Source of the DNA: Lentisphaeria bacterium
GTDB taxonomy: Bacteria; Verrucomicrobiota; Lentisphaeria; JABSQK01; JAWLHB01
Assembly: GCA_041690595.1 (NCBI GenBank)
Contig: JAWLHB010000002.1
Span: forward strand, 186,001 to 250,000
Length of the DNA: 64,000 nt
Reading direction: 5' to 3'
Part shown: positions 54,824 to 64,000 of the stretch, one piece after another
Position numbering within the stretch: the stretch's first letter is position 1
How the letters are laid out: each line of letters starts with the position of its first letter
Program-made: the position numbers and the translations under genes
Notes under the pieces: model-generated
Databases searched by the model: none
What the model was told of the DNA's origin: nothing
What the model saw: only the letters and a program-made list of their open reading frames with translations

Positions 54824-57800
54824 CCATGAAGAGATCGTCTCTGGTGTTTATCAGCCTCCTGACATGGCTGCTTGCCATCGTGCCGATGCGTGCGGAGCTG
54901 TCGCTGGATTTCGAGCCGGATGGCACGGCGCTGCTGGGCAACAGCATGGTGAAGCTGCGCGTCACCAGCGGTACGGGGCGAGCGGACGGCATTCGCGGCT
55001 GGCATTTCGTCCCCACCGGTTATGAGATGGTGGATGTGCTTTACCGCCAACTCGATGCCGATGGGGGGCACCTGCTGGGGTTGCTGTGGGACGGCGTTGC
55101 CATGGGCGACCACAAGCAGGGACGGCCCAACTGTGGTCCGATCTTCATTCCCCGTCTGGCAGCCATTGACGCCGCCGGCCGGGGGGCGATGCTGATGCAG
55201 ACGGCCGAGGCGGAATACCGGCTCACGCGTACGCTCATCCTGCGGCGTGATCTGTCGACGCTGGAGGCCCGGTTCACGCTGGAGAATGTGCAGGGTTCGC
55301 CGGTGGGCACCTCGTTGCGGCTGCACAACGTCGCCAGTCCAGGAGCGCGGGGTCAGTACCAGGCGGGCAACGACGTGCTCTTCATGCAGGCTCGCGGGGG
55401 GCTGCAGGCATGGAAGCAGGATCTGCCGCTGGATCTTTTCAAGACAACCTACGGGAGCGATCGCTGCATGCTGGCCCTTGCCGCCGATCAGCCCGCCAGC
55501 ATCTGGACGCGCGTCACCCCCACCACCCCCGAACTGACGGACAACTTCGCGGCACTGGTGAACCCGGACCATGGGGACGGTCTCGTCTTCCTGGTTGAGC
55601 CCGAGCATCTTCTTGGTTTTTACAACTGCCCCAACATCACGCTGGAACCGCTCTTTCGCGGCATCGTGCTGCAGCCGGGTGAACGCTGGGAAACACGGAT
55701 CTTCATCAGCGCCTTCAGCGGTGCGCGCGGCAAGGAAGTGCACAAGGCAAACCCACTGGCGATCGAAACGCAACGGTTGACGCATGCGGAGGGCCGCCTG
55801 CGGGGGGAGATCATTCCTGCTTTCCGCGGCACGTTGCGGATCCTCTCCGCCGACGGGAGCATCGCGGCCGAGCAGAGCAGCTCGCCGGACACGGCGTTGA
55901 CGATCGATGCCGCCGTAGCTGGGGATTGGCAACTGGTGGCGCTCGACAGCCGAGGCGCGGAAATCGGTCGCCTGCGGGCGGATGGTGGATTTGAGCTTTA
56001 TCAACCGGATGTGACGGTGACGGAGCCGGTGCGACCGGAAGTGACGGAGAGCGTGCATGAGCCCGATCCGGCCACTGTGGCGGCCTTTGTGGCGGCGCGG
56101 GATTATGTCATCCAGGTGGATGCCACGGCAACGGAGCGGGTACGGCTGCTGGCTGCCCGGATGGCCCGGCACCTCGGGGTCGGTTTTGCGCCTACTGCCA
56201 GGTATCGCGGCAAGATGATCGCGTTCGGGAGTCCGGCGCACAGCAGTACGGTACGCAATGCGGGACTGCTCAAGCATTCGGTGGACGCTACATGGCCCGG
56301 GGCGGGCAAGGGAGTGATCCTGGCTTACGACAACTTCGAGAGCACGGCCAAACCGCTGCTGCTGGTGGCCGGCAGCGATGGGGATGGCGCTTATGCGGCC
56401 GCCATGGCCTTTGCGGCGCGGCACGTGGAGCCGCTCCCGCCGGCTCGCGGCTGGCAACTGTGGGGGACGCCCCTTTCCACGCATGCGTATGTGTGGAGCC
56501 GCCCCTCCACCGAGCCGACCCTCGACGTGATCCGGCTGAGCGCGGCGCGCAATGAGTACGAGTCCGCCCAGCTGGTGATCACGCCCTGGGAGGAACTGAC
56601 CGGCATTCAGGCGCGGGTGGAACCCTTTGTCCATGTGGAGTCCGGCGAGGAGCTGGCAAAGCCGGTCCAGACGGTGCATCGCAAGCGTACACCCAATCCG
56701 CTCCTGCGTTGGGCGGATGCCTTCCCGCTGACCAGCAGCGACGGCTGGCCGGGCACCCCTGACGCGCTGCTGATGCGGCCGGAGACGTTGCTGCCGGCGG
56801 GCCGTTCCAAGGTGCTCTGGCTGACCACTCTGGTCGGCTTGAACGCCAAGCCGGGCCTCTATCGCAGCGCGGTGACCGTCACCGCCAATGGGGAAAGTCA
56901 GCGCGTGCAGGTGGAACTGGAGGTCCTCGACTTTGCGTTGCCGGCGACCGGGTTGAAGGGGGAAGCGTATATGGCGATGCACCTGATGGCGGCGGACGGC
57001 AAGACGCGGCCGGCGCACATCGATCGGCTGATCCGCACGCTGGTGGAGCACCGGTTCCGGATCATTCATCTTGGGGAACCCGGCATGCTCCGGTGGCATG
57101 TCAGCGAAAGCGGCGCCTTCAAGGGATTTGCCGCGCCGGGCTTCATGACCAGCGCTGACGGCGCCTTGATGCTCGACGCCTCCCGCTTCCAGGAGTTGGT
57201 GGACCGCATTGACATGGCCGCGACCCCGTTCTCGCTGGAGATCATCGTACCAGGCTTGCAGGTGCTCGGCTGGCCCGAGGCAATCCATGTTTTCAGGCGC
57301 AGCTTTCCGGACCGCCACGCCGACAAGCCGGAGCGCGGGGGCCACACGATGCAGAGCCATCATGCGCAGGAGATGATGGAACTCTTCCGCCAGTACCTGG
57401 AGTCGCGGGGGTTGCGGGATCGAGTTCTGGTGAAGATCGGCGACGAGCCGGCCGGCTTCGATACCTGGTGGTTCGACTTTGCAACGGCGGCGCGCGAATC
57501 GGGCCTGCGTTTCGGGACGGCATTCAACAGCATCGACTGGCAGCAGGCGGAGAAGTCGCTCGGGAGCAATCTGGCGCTGTACCAGCCGCTCTACCAGCGC
57601 TTCGATGCGGAGTTTGCGCGACGCGCCCAGGAAGCTGGGCAACAGGTGGGCTGGTACAACTGCGGGCCGCCGCCCAAGATCGGGATCGGCACGTCGGCGG
57701 CCGAGCTGCGGGCCTATTACTGGCAGGCAGCGCGGCATAAGCTGGACTTCGTTGCGCGCTGGGGAATCCAGTGCTGGGGGACGGAAGGAACCAGCCCCTA

Positions 57801-58173
57801 CAATGTGTGGACCTTCCCCTATGCCCACCATCACAGCGTGCTCTATCCGGAGCATCCGGAGAAGCCGGCCTACACGGTCGAGGGCCGTGGCTGGATCGAT
57901 ACGGCGCCGCTGGACAGCATTCGCTTCGAGCTGATCCGCGAGGGCATCGAAGATGCGGATTATGTGCGCGTCCTGCGCGATCGCATCGACCGCGCCCACC
58001 GCCAGGGTGCCACGCAGCTCGCGGAGGAGGCTGAAGCTCTCCTGGAGTCGATCTGGGGGGGGACCTTCCCCTCCCTGAACCACTACAATCCGCCGTACGC
58101 GGAGATCATGGAGCATCGCCGCCGAATCGCGGAGGCGATCGTTAACCTGCATGCATACGCCGTGGACGAATGA
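54820..58173 (+). CDS. Large secreted multidomain glycoside hydrolase-like protein (GH123/DUF4091-like C-terminus)
   Basis: Signal peptide; SAARNEYESAQLVI, KVLWLT, VLDFALP, GDEP, WYNCG, DSIRFELIREGIEDADY. Confidence 0.75.
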   Translation: MTMKRSSLVFISLLTWLLAIVPMRAELSLDFEPDGTALLGNSMVKLRVTSGTGRADGIRGWHFVPTGYEMVDVLYRQLDADGGHLLGLLWDGVAMGDHKQGRPNCGPIFIPRLAAIDAAGRGAMLMQTAEAEYRLTRTLILRRDLSTLEARFTLENVQGSPVGTSLRLHNVASPGARGQYQAGNDVLFMQARGGLQAWKQDLPLDLFKTTYGSDRCMLALAADQPASIWTRVTPTTPELTDNFAALVNPDHGDGLVFLVEPEHLLGFYNCPNITLEPLFRGIVLQPGERWETRIFISAFSGARGKEVHKANPLAIETQRLTHAEGRLRGEIIPAFRGTLRILSADGSIAAEQSSSPDTALTIDAAVAGDWQLVALDSRGAEIGRLRADGGFELYQPDVTVTEPVRPEVTESVHEPDPATVAAFVAARDYVIQVDATATERVRLLAARMARHLGVGFAPTARYRGKMIAFGSPAHSSTVRNAGLLKHSVDATWPGAGKGVILAYDNFESTAKPLLLVAGSDGDGAYAAAMAFAARHVEPLPPARGWQLWGTPLSTHAYVWSRPSTEPTLDVIRLSAARNEYESAQLVITPWEELTGIQARVEPFVHVESGEELAKPVQTVHRKRTPNPLLRWADAFPLTSSDGWPGTPDALLMRPETLLPAGRSKVLWLTTLVGLNAKPGLYRSAVTVTANGESQRVQVELEVLDFALPATGLKGEAYMAMHLMAADGKTRPAHIDRLIRTLVEHRFRIIHLGEPGMLRWHVSESGAFKGFAAPGFMTSADGALMLDASRFQELVDRIDMAATPFSLEIIVPGLQVLGWPEAIHVFRRSFPDRHADKPERGGHTMQSHHAQEMMELFRQYLESRGLRDRVLVKIGDEPAGFDTWWFDFATAARESGLRFGTAFNSIDWQQAEKSLGSNLALYQPLYQRFDAEFARRAQEAGQQVGWYNCGPPPKIGIGTSAAELRAYYWQAARHKLDFVARWGIQCWGTEGTSPYNVWTFPYAHHHSVLYPEHPEKPAYTVEGRGWIDTAPLDSIRFELIREGIEDADYVRVLRDRIDRAHRQGATQLAEEAEALLESIWGGTFPSLNHYNPPYAEIMEHRRRIAEAIVNLHAYAVDE

Positions 58174-58317
58174 TCCCGCGGGACTCCGATGCTTGCTGGG
58201 AGTGCCGCAAATCGGCGTTGCACCTTGAAATTGCCACAAAAACGTGCACCTTCTACAAGGAACCGTACAACGACCTAGCACCAGTGGCCGGGCAGGTCAC
58301 GCCGACGATAGCGCTCC

Positions 58318-60615
58318 ATGGAATTAGTCTTTACATGTCCCAGTTGCGGCGTGCAGATGCAGATCGAGGCGGCTTACGCCGGACAGCATGCGCAGTGTCC
58401 GCAATGTGAAGCCGACATCAGCATTCCGCCGCTGAATATCGGCCCCAATGTCATATTGGGTGGTTTCCGCCTGGAGAAGAAGCTTGGCAGCGGCTCCATG
58501 GGTGATGTCTATCTGGCGGAGCAGATCACCATGAAGCGGAAGGTGGCGGTAAAGATACTGCCTGCCTCCATGACGCGCGACCCGCAGGCGGTCGAGCGTT
58601 TTCTCCATGAAGTGCAGACGCTGGCGCGCTTCGAGCATCCGAACATCGTAAGCGCCTTCAACGCCGGCGAAGATGACGGGACGTATTATCTGGCCATGGC
58701 TTACGTGAATGGCGAGGATCTTGACAGCATCGTCAAGCGCCAGGGGGTGATGGCGGAGCGGCGGGCACTGGAGATCATCCGCAAGGTATCGATAGCCCTG
58801 CAGTTTGCGTGGCAGGAACACCAACTTCTGCATCGGGACATCAAACCGGAAAACGTCATGATCGACACTCATGGCGAAATCCGCCTCATGGACATGGGCA
58901 TCTCGAAGTCTGCCCATGAGGACAGCAACCTGACCATGCCTGGGGTAGTCTTCGGCACGCCACATTACATGAGCCCGGAGCAGGCCTGGTCGGATGGTCC
59001 GATCGACTTTCGCGCGGATCTTTACTCGCTGGGGGCCTCGTTCTACCGGCTGGTCACGGGCGAGCCACCGTATACCGGTTCCAGTCAGACCGTTTTTGCC
59101 AAGCTGGCCAAGCCCGATCCGTTTCCGATGCCGCGTGAGCTGCGGCCGGATCTGAGTGAAGCATGCGACCACCTGATCCATGTAATGATGGCGCCCAAGC
59201 CGGAACAACGCTACGACAGCTGGGATGCGTGCATCGCGGACATCGATCGCGTTCTCGCCGGTGAATTGCCAAGCATGCCGCGCCCGCCCATGGAAGGTGC
59301 GGCCGCCCAGGCCGCGAAGAGCGTCATCGACAGGGTGCCCGGCTCCAGCCAGAACGAGCAGACGTCGGGGCTTACCGGAACGGGCATGCAGATCATCCAG
59401 CCCAAGGGCGATAAAGGGCGGCAGAAGCCGAAGCTCTCCCTGTCGCGTACGGAACAGATCAAGGCGCCACCGCTCGACGGCGGAGGCGAGCCGGAAGAGG
59501 AGCCGGCCAATGGCGCCTCGAAGCTTTCCCTTCGCGGCAACAAGCCCGCGAAGAAAGAGATGCAGATCCCTCCCAAGCCGGAGGCAGAGAAGCCGCGTGG
59601 AGCAACCTTGGCCGAATGGAAACGTCGACTGCCTGTTATCGCCATGCGTACGGGCAAGATAACGGGCATGGTCGCGGCCGTGGTGCTCTTCCTGGGAGGC
59701 TGCTGGCTCGGCTATCTGCTGATCAATGGCGAGCCGATGCCCTGGACCGAGCGGGAGGAGGCGGCTCCAGAGCCAATCCAACAGGTCAGCACGCCACCGG
59801 TGGCAAAACCGCCTCCGCCCCCGACGACCGTGGTCCGTTCCAAGGTGCCGCAGACGACTGAGACTCCGCCCTTGCCCGCGGACAAGACGGAGCCGACGCG
59901 CGAAGAGATCGAAGAGATGATCCGCGAAGAGTATGAAAAGCGTGCCGCGGCCGTCAAGGTCGATGAGCAGAAGATCGCGCAGCGGTTGAAGCTGAGATAC
60001 CCGGTCCCGCCGCCGACGATGAGTTCCAAGGAGTTGGTGGAGTTGGTTGCCAAACAGGCTGTTCAGGAGGCGGACAAGCGCTTTCCCCTGAAGGAGAAGG
60101 AGCGGGAGTTCAAGCAGGAAGCCGAGGAGAGGTATGGAGCCTTCAAGCCGGGGCAACAGGTGAACCTGCCACTACGAGGTGGAGTTGGAATCCATGCGCA
60201 GGCATCGGGCACGCTTCGCGACATCGGCGTCACCAGCATCCGGGTTGGGGATCGCGAGATCTCTGTTCAGGATCTGGCCGAAGTGGATCGCGAGCGCCTC
60301 GATCCAGCGACGGCGGCCAAGAACGTCCAGAACTACGTCGACTTCAAGATGCGTCAATTACGCCGGGATCACGAGGATTTTGTAGCGCGGTTCAAGCAGA
60401 AGTTCATTCCCGAGGCGCACGCCCGAGATGGATATCTCCTGCACGGCTCACGGTACATCGCCGCCAGCGAATTGCTCAAGCAGGAAGTGGAAAAGGCACG
60501 GGCCGCCCAGTTGGAGAAGCTTCGCGCGCAGCTCGAGGCGCAGTACTACACGAAGTACAATTATACCAACCTCAATGGACTCTGGGTAAAAGCGGCGCCG
60601 GCGTCGGGCGGCTGA
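58318..60615 (+). CDS. Zinc-ribbon Hanks-type Ser/Thr protein kinase with TM helix and extracytoplasmic domain
   Basis: CPSC…CPQC; GSGSMG, VAVK, HRDIKPEN, DMG, GTPHYMSPEQ, ADLYSLG; TM helix MVAAVVLFLGGCWLGYLLI. Confidence 0.92.
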   Translation: MELVFTCPSCGVQMQIEAAYAGQHAQCPQCEADISIPPLNIGPNVILGGFRLEKKLGSGSMGDVYLAEQITMKRKVAVKILPASMTRDPQAVERFLHEVQTLARFEHPNIVSAFNAGEDDGTYYLAMAYVNGEDLDSIVKRQGVMAERRALEIIRKVSIALQFAWQEHQLLHRDIKPENVMIDTHGEIRLMDMGISKSAHEDSNLTMPGVVFGTPHYMSPEQAWSDGPIDFRADLYSLGASFYRLVTGEPPYTGSSQTVFAKLAKPDPFPMPRELRPDLSEACDHLIHVMMAPKPEQRYDSWDACIADIDRVLAGELPSMPRPPMEGAAAQAAKSVIDRVPGSSQNEQTSGLTGTGMQIIQPKGDKGRQKPKLSLSRTEQIKAPPLDGGGEPEEEPANGASKLSLRGNKPAKKEMQIPPKPEAEKPRGATLAEWKRRLPVIAMRTGKITGMVAAVVLFLGGCWLGYLLINGEPMPWTEREEAAPEPIQQVSTPPVAKPPPPPTTVVRSKVPQTTETPPLPADKTEPTREEIEEMIREEYEKRAAAVKVDEQKIAQRLKLRYPVPPPTMSSKELVELVAKQAVQEADKRFPLKEKEREFKQEAEERYGAFKPGQQVNLPLRGGVGIHAQASGTLRDIGVTSIRVGDREISVQDLAEVDRERLDPATAAKNVQNYVDFKMRQLRRDHEDFVARFKQKFIPEAHARDGYLLHGSRYIAASELLKQEVEKARAAQLEKLRAQLEAQYYTKYNYTNLNGLWVKAAPASGG

Positions 60616-60808
60616 TACGACGAGCGGAGGGAGGGTTAGCCTCACGATGGAGTAATTCGCATGGCAGTCGTTGACGCCAGCATTGCGCGCGGCTATCTTG
60701 TACCTGTCTTGTCCGGAAATATGCTAAAATTCGATATGACAGCAAAAATAATAGTCTGGTGTGCAGGCAAGAGCCGGCACTGGAACACAGGCTTTGAGGA
60801 AAACGCCG

Positions 60809-62971
60809 ATGCCAGTACAATTCATCTGCCCGGAGTGCTATCAGGAGATCACCGCTGACGAGGAGATGGTGGGTACGGAAGCAACCTGCCCTACGTGTGA
60901 GACCACTCTGCGCGTACCTGGAGCCGATGATGTGCCCGCGGTGACGCTTGGCGGCTACGTACTTGAGAAATGCCTGGGCGAAGGGCGCATGGGGCTCGTC
61001 TACCGCGCCCGTCAAAGCACCATGAACCGCGTATGCGCGCTGAAGATACTGGCACCGGATCTGACGGACAACGATGAGTACGTGAAGCGTTTTGTGGAGG
61101 AGAGCCGGGTCAATGCGTCCATTGATCATCCGCATGTGGTCAAGTATTACGACGTGGGCGAAGCGGATGGGCGGGTCTACGCGGCGATGGCCTACATAGA
61201 AGGCAAGGATCTGGCGACACGGATCAAGGACGAAGGGCCGCTGCCGGAGAAAGAGGCGCTGGAAATTGGCATGACCATCGCCAAGACGCTGAAGTATGTG
61301 TGGGAGAATCACGAGGTCCTTGCGCAGAACCTCAATCCCACGAATGTGTTCATCGATCGTCACGACCAGGTGAAGCTGATGAACCTGGGTGTAACCCGGC
61401 ACAAGGGGGCCGCTCCGGATGCCTCGGCCTCGCTCAATGCCTCCACCATCGCGTACATGAGCCCGGAGCAGGCCACCGGCGGGGAGACCAGCATTCGCGC
61501 GGATATCTACTCGCTGGGTGTCACCCTCTATCAGGCCGTCACTGGAGTTCTTCCCTTTGGGGACAGCGGCGAGGTTGTCCCCGTTACGCAGCGACGCCAG
61601 GAGATCAGCCAGGAGATGGAGCAGCTGCTCGAAAAGATGACCGCCAGAGCCCCCGTCAATCGGCATGAAGACTGGGATGATCTGCTGAGCGACATGAAGC
61701 GCGTCAGCGAAGAGGCTGTCCCCGTCGCGCTATCTACGGAAGAGGAAGAGGAAGAGGAAGAGCAGAACGAAGCCCGCTCGAAACTGCGTCTGCGCCGCGA
61801 TGCGGAAGACGAGGATGATGAGGTCAAGCCGGCGATCATCAGCACCGCTGCCGCGGAAGAGGCGGAAGCGCGGCATGCCGCCGAGGGGGGAACCCCCACC
61901 ATGCGTGAAACGCGGGAGGATGGCGAGCTCGAGCCCGAGCCGGGGACCGAAAAAACCCCGACATGGAAGAAGGCTTTGCGTGTTGCGCTCCTTCTGCTTG
62001 CCCTGTGGGTCGGCTTTCAGTATGGTTTTGGTCCGCTGCTTTCGGCCTACCGCGGCCGCGAAACGCAGGTCTATATCGTCAACGACAGTCCGGATCAACG
62101 TTACATGGTGCGATTGGGCTGGCGGCGTTTGCGCCAGGAGTTGTATCCCAACGGTGTGGTATCCTTCAAGCTTTTCGTGGGGATGAAGGAACGACAGGGT
62201 CTGGCAATCAAGACCATCGATGAGAACGGCAAGCAGAAGTTTTTGAAGAAGCTGAAGCTCCCGCTGTCGCCCGATGCCCGCGTACTGGTAAATCTGAACC
62301 AGGGGCAGACCTATTACATCTACAAGCCGGAGTTGGTGAAGGAAAAGGAACTGGACAGTGTGGGGCAGCTGACGCGGGAAATTCTCAACATGGAGAAACA
62401 GCTTACCGCGGCGGAAGAGGTTCTGGAAAGCGCCAAGGCCATCGGCCGCCAGGCGTTTGTCGACCAGACGGATGCGGAAGTGATCGATCTGACGGAGTAC
62501 CGCGCTCGCGCCAGTCGGGTCGGCTATACCGCTGAGCAAGAGGATGTCGACTTGCCCGTGTTGACGGATCAGCCCGTCGCGCTCCCCATCGCCAAAGGGG
62601 CCTCGATCTCGTACCATCACGGCAAGCCCGAGACGACGACGGTCAATGTCGTCCTTACTGGTAAGGGAAATCTCGACCTCGGTTCGTACGCGCTGCAGTT
62701 GGAGAATCCACGGGCTACCGTTACGCAGCGCGACGATACCATCGTCGTCAACGTGCAGAGTCAGCGTGTGGACTTGACGGAGCAAGGCAAGACTTTTGGC
62801 GGGCAATGGCGGTACAATGCCACCAAGCGGCCCAAACAGCCGTGGACCTGGGAGTGGCTTTTCGATGCCACGAATCAACAGGGAAACCAGGCTGCCACCC
62901 ACCGTCTGCGTATTCGCGTTCCGAATGTCGGCGAGCCGGAGTCCAAAGTGGAAGCGATCCCGTCGCGTTGA
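60809..62971 (+). CDS. Zinc-ribbon Ser/Thr pseudokinase with TM helix
   Basis: CPEC…CPTC; GEGRMG, CALK, YMSPEQ, ADIYSLG retained; catalytic loop reads AQNLNPTN and DFG reads NLG. Confidence 0.85.
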   Translation: MPVQFICPECYQEITADEEMVGTEATCPTCETTLRVPGADDVPAVTLGGYVLEKCLGEGRMGLVYRARQSTMNRVCALKILAPDLTDNDEYVKRFVEESRVNASIDHPHVVKYYDVGEADGRVYAAMAYIEGKDLATRIKDEGPLPEKEALEIGMTIAKTLKYVWENHEVLAQNLNPTNVFIDRHDQVKLMNLGVTRHKGAAPDASASLNASTIAYMSPEQATGGETSIRADIYSLGVTLYQAVTGVLPFGDSGEVVPVTQRRQEISQEMEQLLEKMTARAPVNRHEDWDDLLSDMKRVSEEAVPVALSTEEEEEEEEQNEARSKLRLRRDAEDEDDEVKPAIISTAAAEEAEARHAAEGGTPTMRETREDGELEPEPGTEKTPTWKKALRVALLLLALWVGFQYGFGPLLSAYRGRETQVYIVNDSPDQRYMVRLGWRRLRQELYPNGVVSFKLFVGMKERQGLAIKTIDENGKQKFLKKLKLPLSPDARVLVNLNQGQTYYIYKPELVKEKELDSVGQLTREILNMEKQLTAAEEVLESAKAIGRQAFVDQTDAEVIDLTEYRARASRVGYTAEQEDVDLPVLTDQPVALPIAKGASISYHHGKPETTTVNVVLTGKGNLDLGSYALQLENPRATVTQRDDTIVVNVQSQRVDLTEQGKTFGGQWRYNATKRPKQPWTWEWLFDATNQQGNQAATHRLRIRVPNVGEPESKVEAIPSR

Positions 62972-62977
62972 GGATCG

Positions 62978-64000
62978 TCACTCGCCCAGGCGTGCAAGCA
63001 ACCATCGGCGCAGCAGCAGCGTCAGCGCAAGTGCTGGGATGGCGACTGCCGCCAGCATGAGCAGGCAAAGCGAGGCGACATCCGAATAGGCGCCCCAGTG
63101 GATCAGGCTGAGAAAGCGCACCGTGACCGTGGTTGTGCCGGGAGGCACGACCAGTACCGATGCGCCGACTTCGCTGAGGGAGAGGATGCAGGCAAGGGCA
63201 AAGGCCAGCGCGACGCTGCGCCAGCAGGCGGGCGTCGTGATATGGATCAGCCGTTGCAACCAGCCAGCGCCGTCCAGGAGCGCGGCCTCGTCCCACTCCC
63301 GGGGCATCGCCTGCAGGGCAGGCAGCAGGATGATCACCGCGAGCGGCAGGCTGCGAATAAGGTGCGCCAGCACCACGATGAGGCTACTGTCGTAGATCAT
63401 GCCCGGCAGTCCCGCATGGTTGAAGAGATGTATCAGCCCCATGCCCACGACGGGCGCCGGCGTCGCCATCAGCAGAATCAGCATGGGCCCCAGGTACCAG
63501 CGGGTTCGCGGCCGCCAGACCATCAGGTTCGCCCAGATGAAACCCACCGTCGCTGCCAGCACGGCGGCCGCCGGCGTCACTTGCAGGTTGAAGAGGAGCT
63601 CCGGATAGACGGCGCCAACGCCATTGGCGAAATTGCTCCAGCTGCCGACCCCCGCGGCCAAGCTGCCCAGCGGCACCAGGAAGATCCCCACCAGCACCCC
63701 CAGAAAGGCCATGGCCAGCAGCCGCATGGCAGGGGGCAGCGGATACAGCGGAGGAGGGCGTGATGTCCGCCAGCGTTCGTGATGACGAAGGTGATACCAG
63801 AGCAGCCAGCCGGCACCCGCCAGCAGGACGATGATCGGCAACGAGGTCGCCGTCCCCCTCCACGGCGAGGCATGCAGCTCGAACTGGACAAAGGTTTCCT
63901 CGGGATAGGTGCGCACCGCCAGCGTATCGGTTACCGTGATATCGGTGAAGGCGAGTACGGAAATGGTCACCGCCGCGGCGGAGATCCCCCAGAGCGCCTG
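62978..64000 (-). CDS. ABC transporter permease (Fe3+/thiamine FbpB-like), 5'-truncated by the window edge
   Basis: ATPAPVVGMGLI, EAA loop WDEAALLDGAG, LSLSEVGASVLVVPPG; frame open to the window end. Confidence 0.85.
   Translation of the reverse strand, partial: QALWGISAAAVTISVLAFTDITVTDTLAVRTYPEETFVQFELHASPWRGTATSLPIIVLLAGAGWLLWYHLRHHERWRTSRPPPLYPLPPAMRLLAMAFLGVLVGIFLVPLGSLAAGVGSWSNFANGVGAVYPELLFNLQVTPAAAVLAATVGFIWANLMVWRPRTRWYLGPMLILLMATPAPVVGMGLIHLFNHAGLPGMIYDSSLIVVLAHLIRSLPLAVIILLPALQAMPREWDEAALLDGAGWLQRLIHITTPACWRSVALAFALACILSLSEVGASVLVVPPGTTTVTVRFLSLIHWGAYSDVASLCLLMLAAVAIPALALTLLLRRWLLARLGE

Noticed and set aside
54760..58281. 1173-aa minus-strand ORF
   Set aside because: Antisense shadow of the GH123/DUF4091-like gene; such shadows are expected in high-GC DNA and it has no motifs.
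61738..61762. (GAAGAG)n microsatellite in the pseudokinase
   Set aside because: In-frame poly-Glu linker; hexamer slippage would not shift the reading frame.

Overview
High-GC bacterial window, probably Lentisphaerae or a related PVC lineage. That placement is inferred from the FTLIELL/H-X9-DG prepilin-type genes, sulfatase, URO-D family protein, GntR/LacI hybrids and zinc-ribbon Ser/Thr kinases. About 52 protein-coding genes are recognisable. No rRNA, tRNA, CRISPR array, integrase or transposase was recognised. Main content: (1) A ~15.7 kb self-contained respiratory module (16142-31892). One operon encodes a membrane-anchored six-haem class I cytochrome c, a Tat-exported nitrate-reductase-family Mo enzyme with mixed NapA/NasA motifs, NapG- and NapH-like proteins, an unknown His-tipped membrane protein, a second polyferredoxin membrane protein, a NapF-like ferredoxin and a hemerythrin. 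It has no napB, napC or napD. It is transcribed divergently from a Moco operon (moeA, moaA, MOT1-type transporter, moaC, MOSC-MogA fusion, MobB-MobA fusion) that has no moaD/moaE. (2) A ~2.9 kb insert between panE and a GH51 gene, bounded by a 47-bp imperfect direct repeat. It holds a lower-GC secreted-protein gene broken at a C13 tract and a tandem array of REP-like mosaics. (3) An FHA-MoxR/DUF58/transglutaminase operon, and a tandem active kinase plus pseudokinase pair. (4) Carbohydrate-use cassettes (regulator plus a large secreted protein, one with prepilin-type genes) and housekeeping genes (argH, lgt, rluD-like, nadD, rsfS, pfp, prs). All calls come from reading motifs by eye; no database searches were run.
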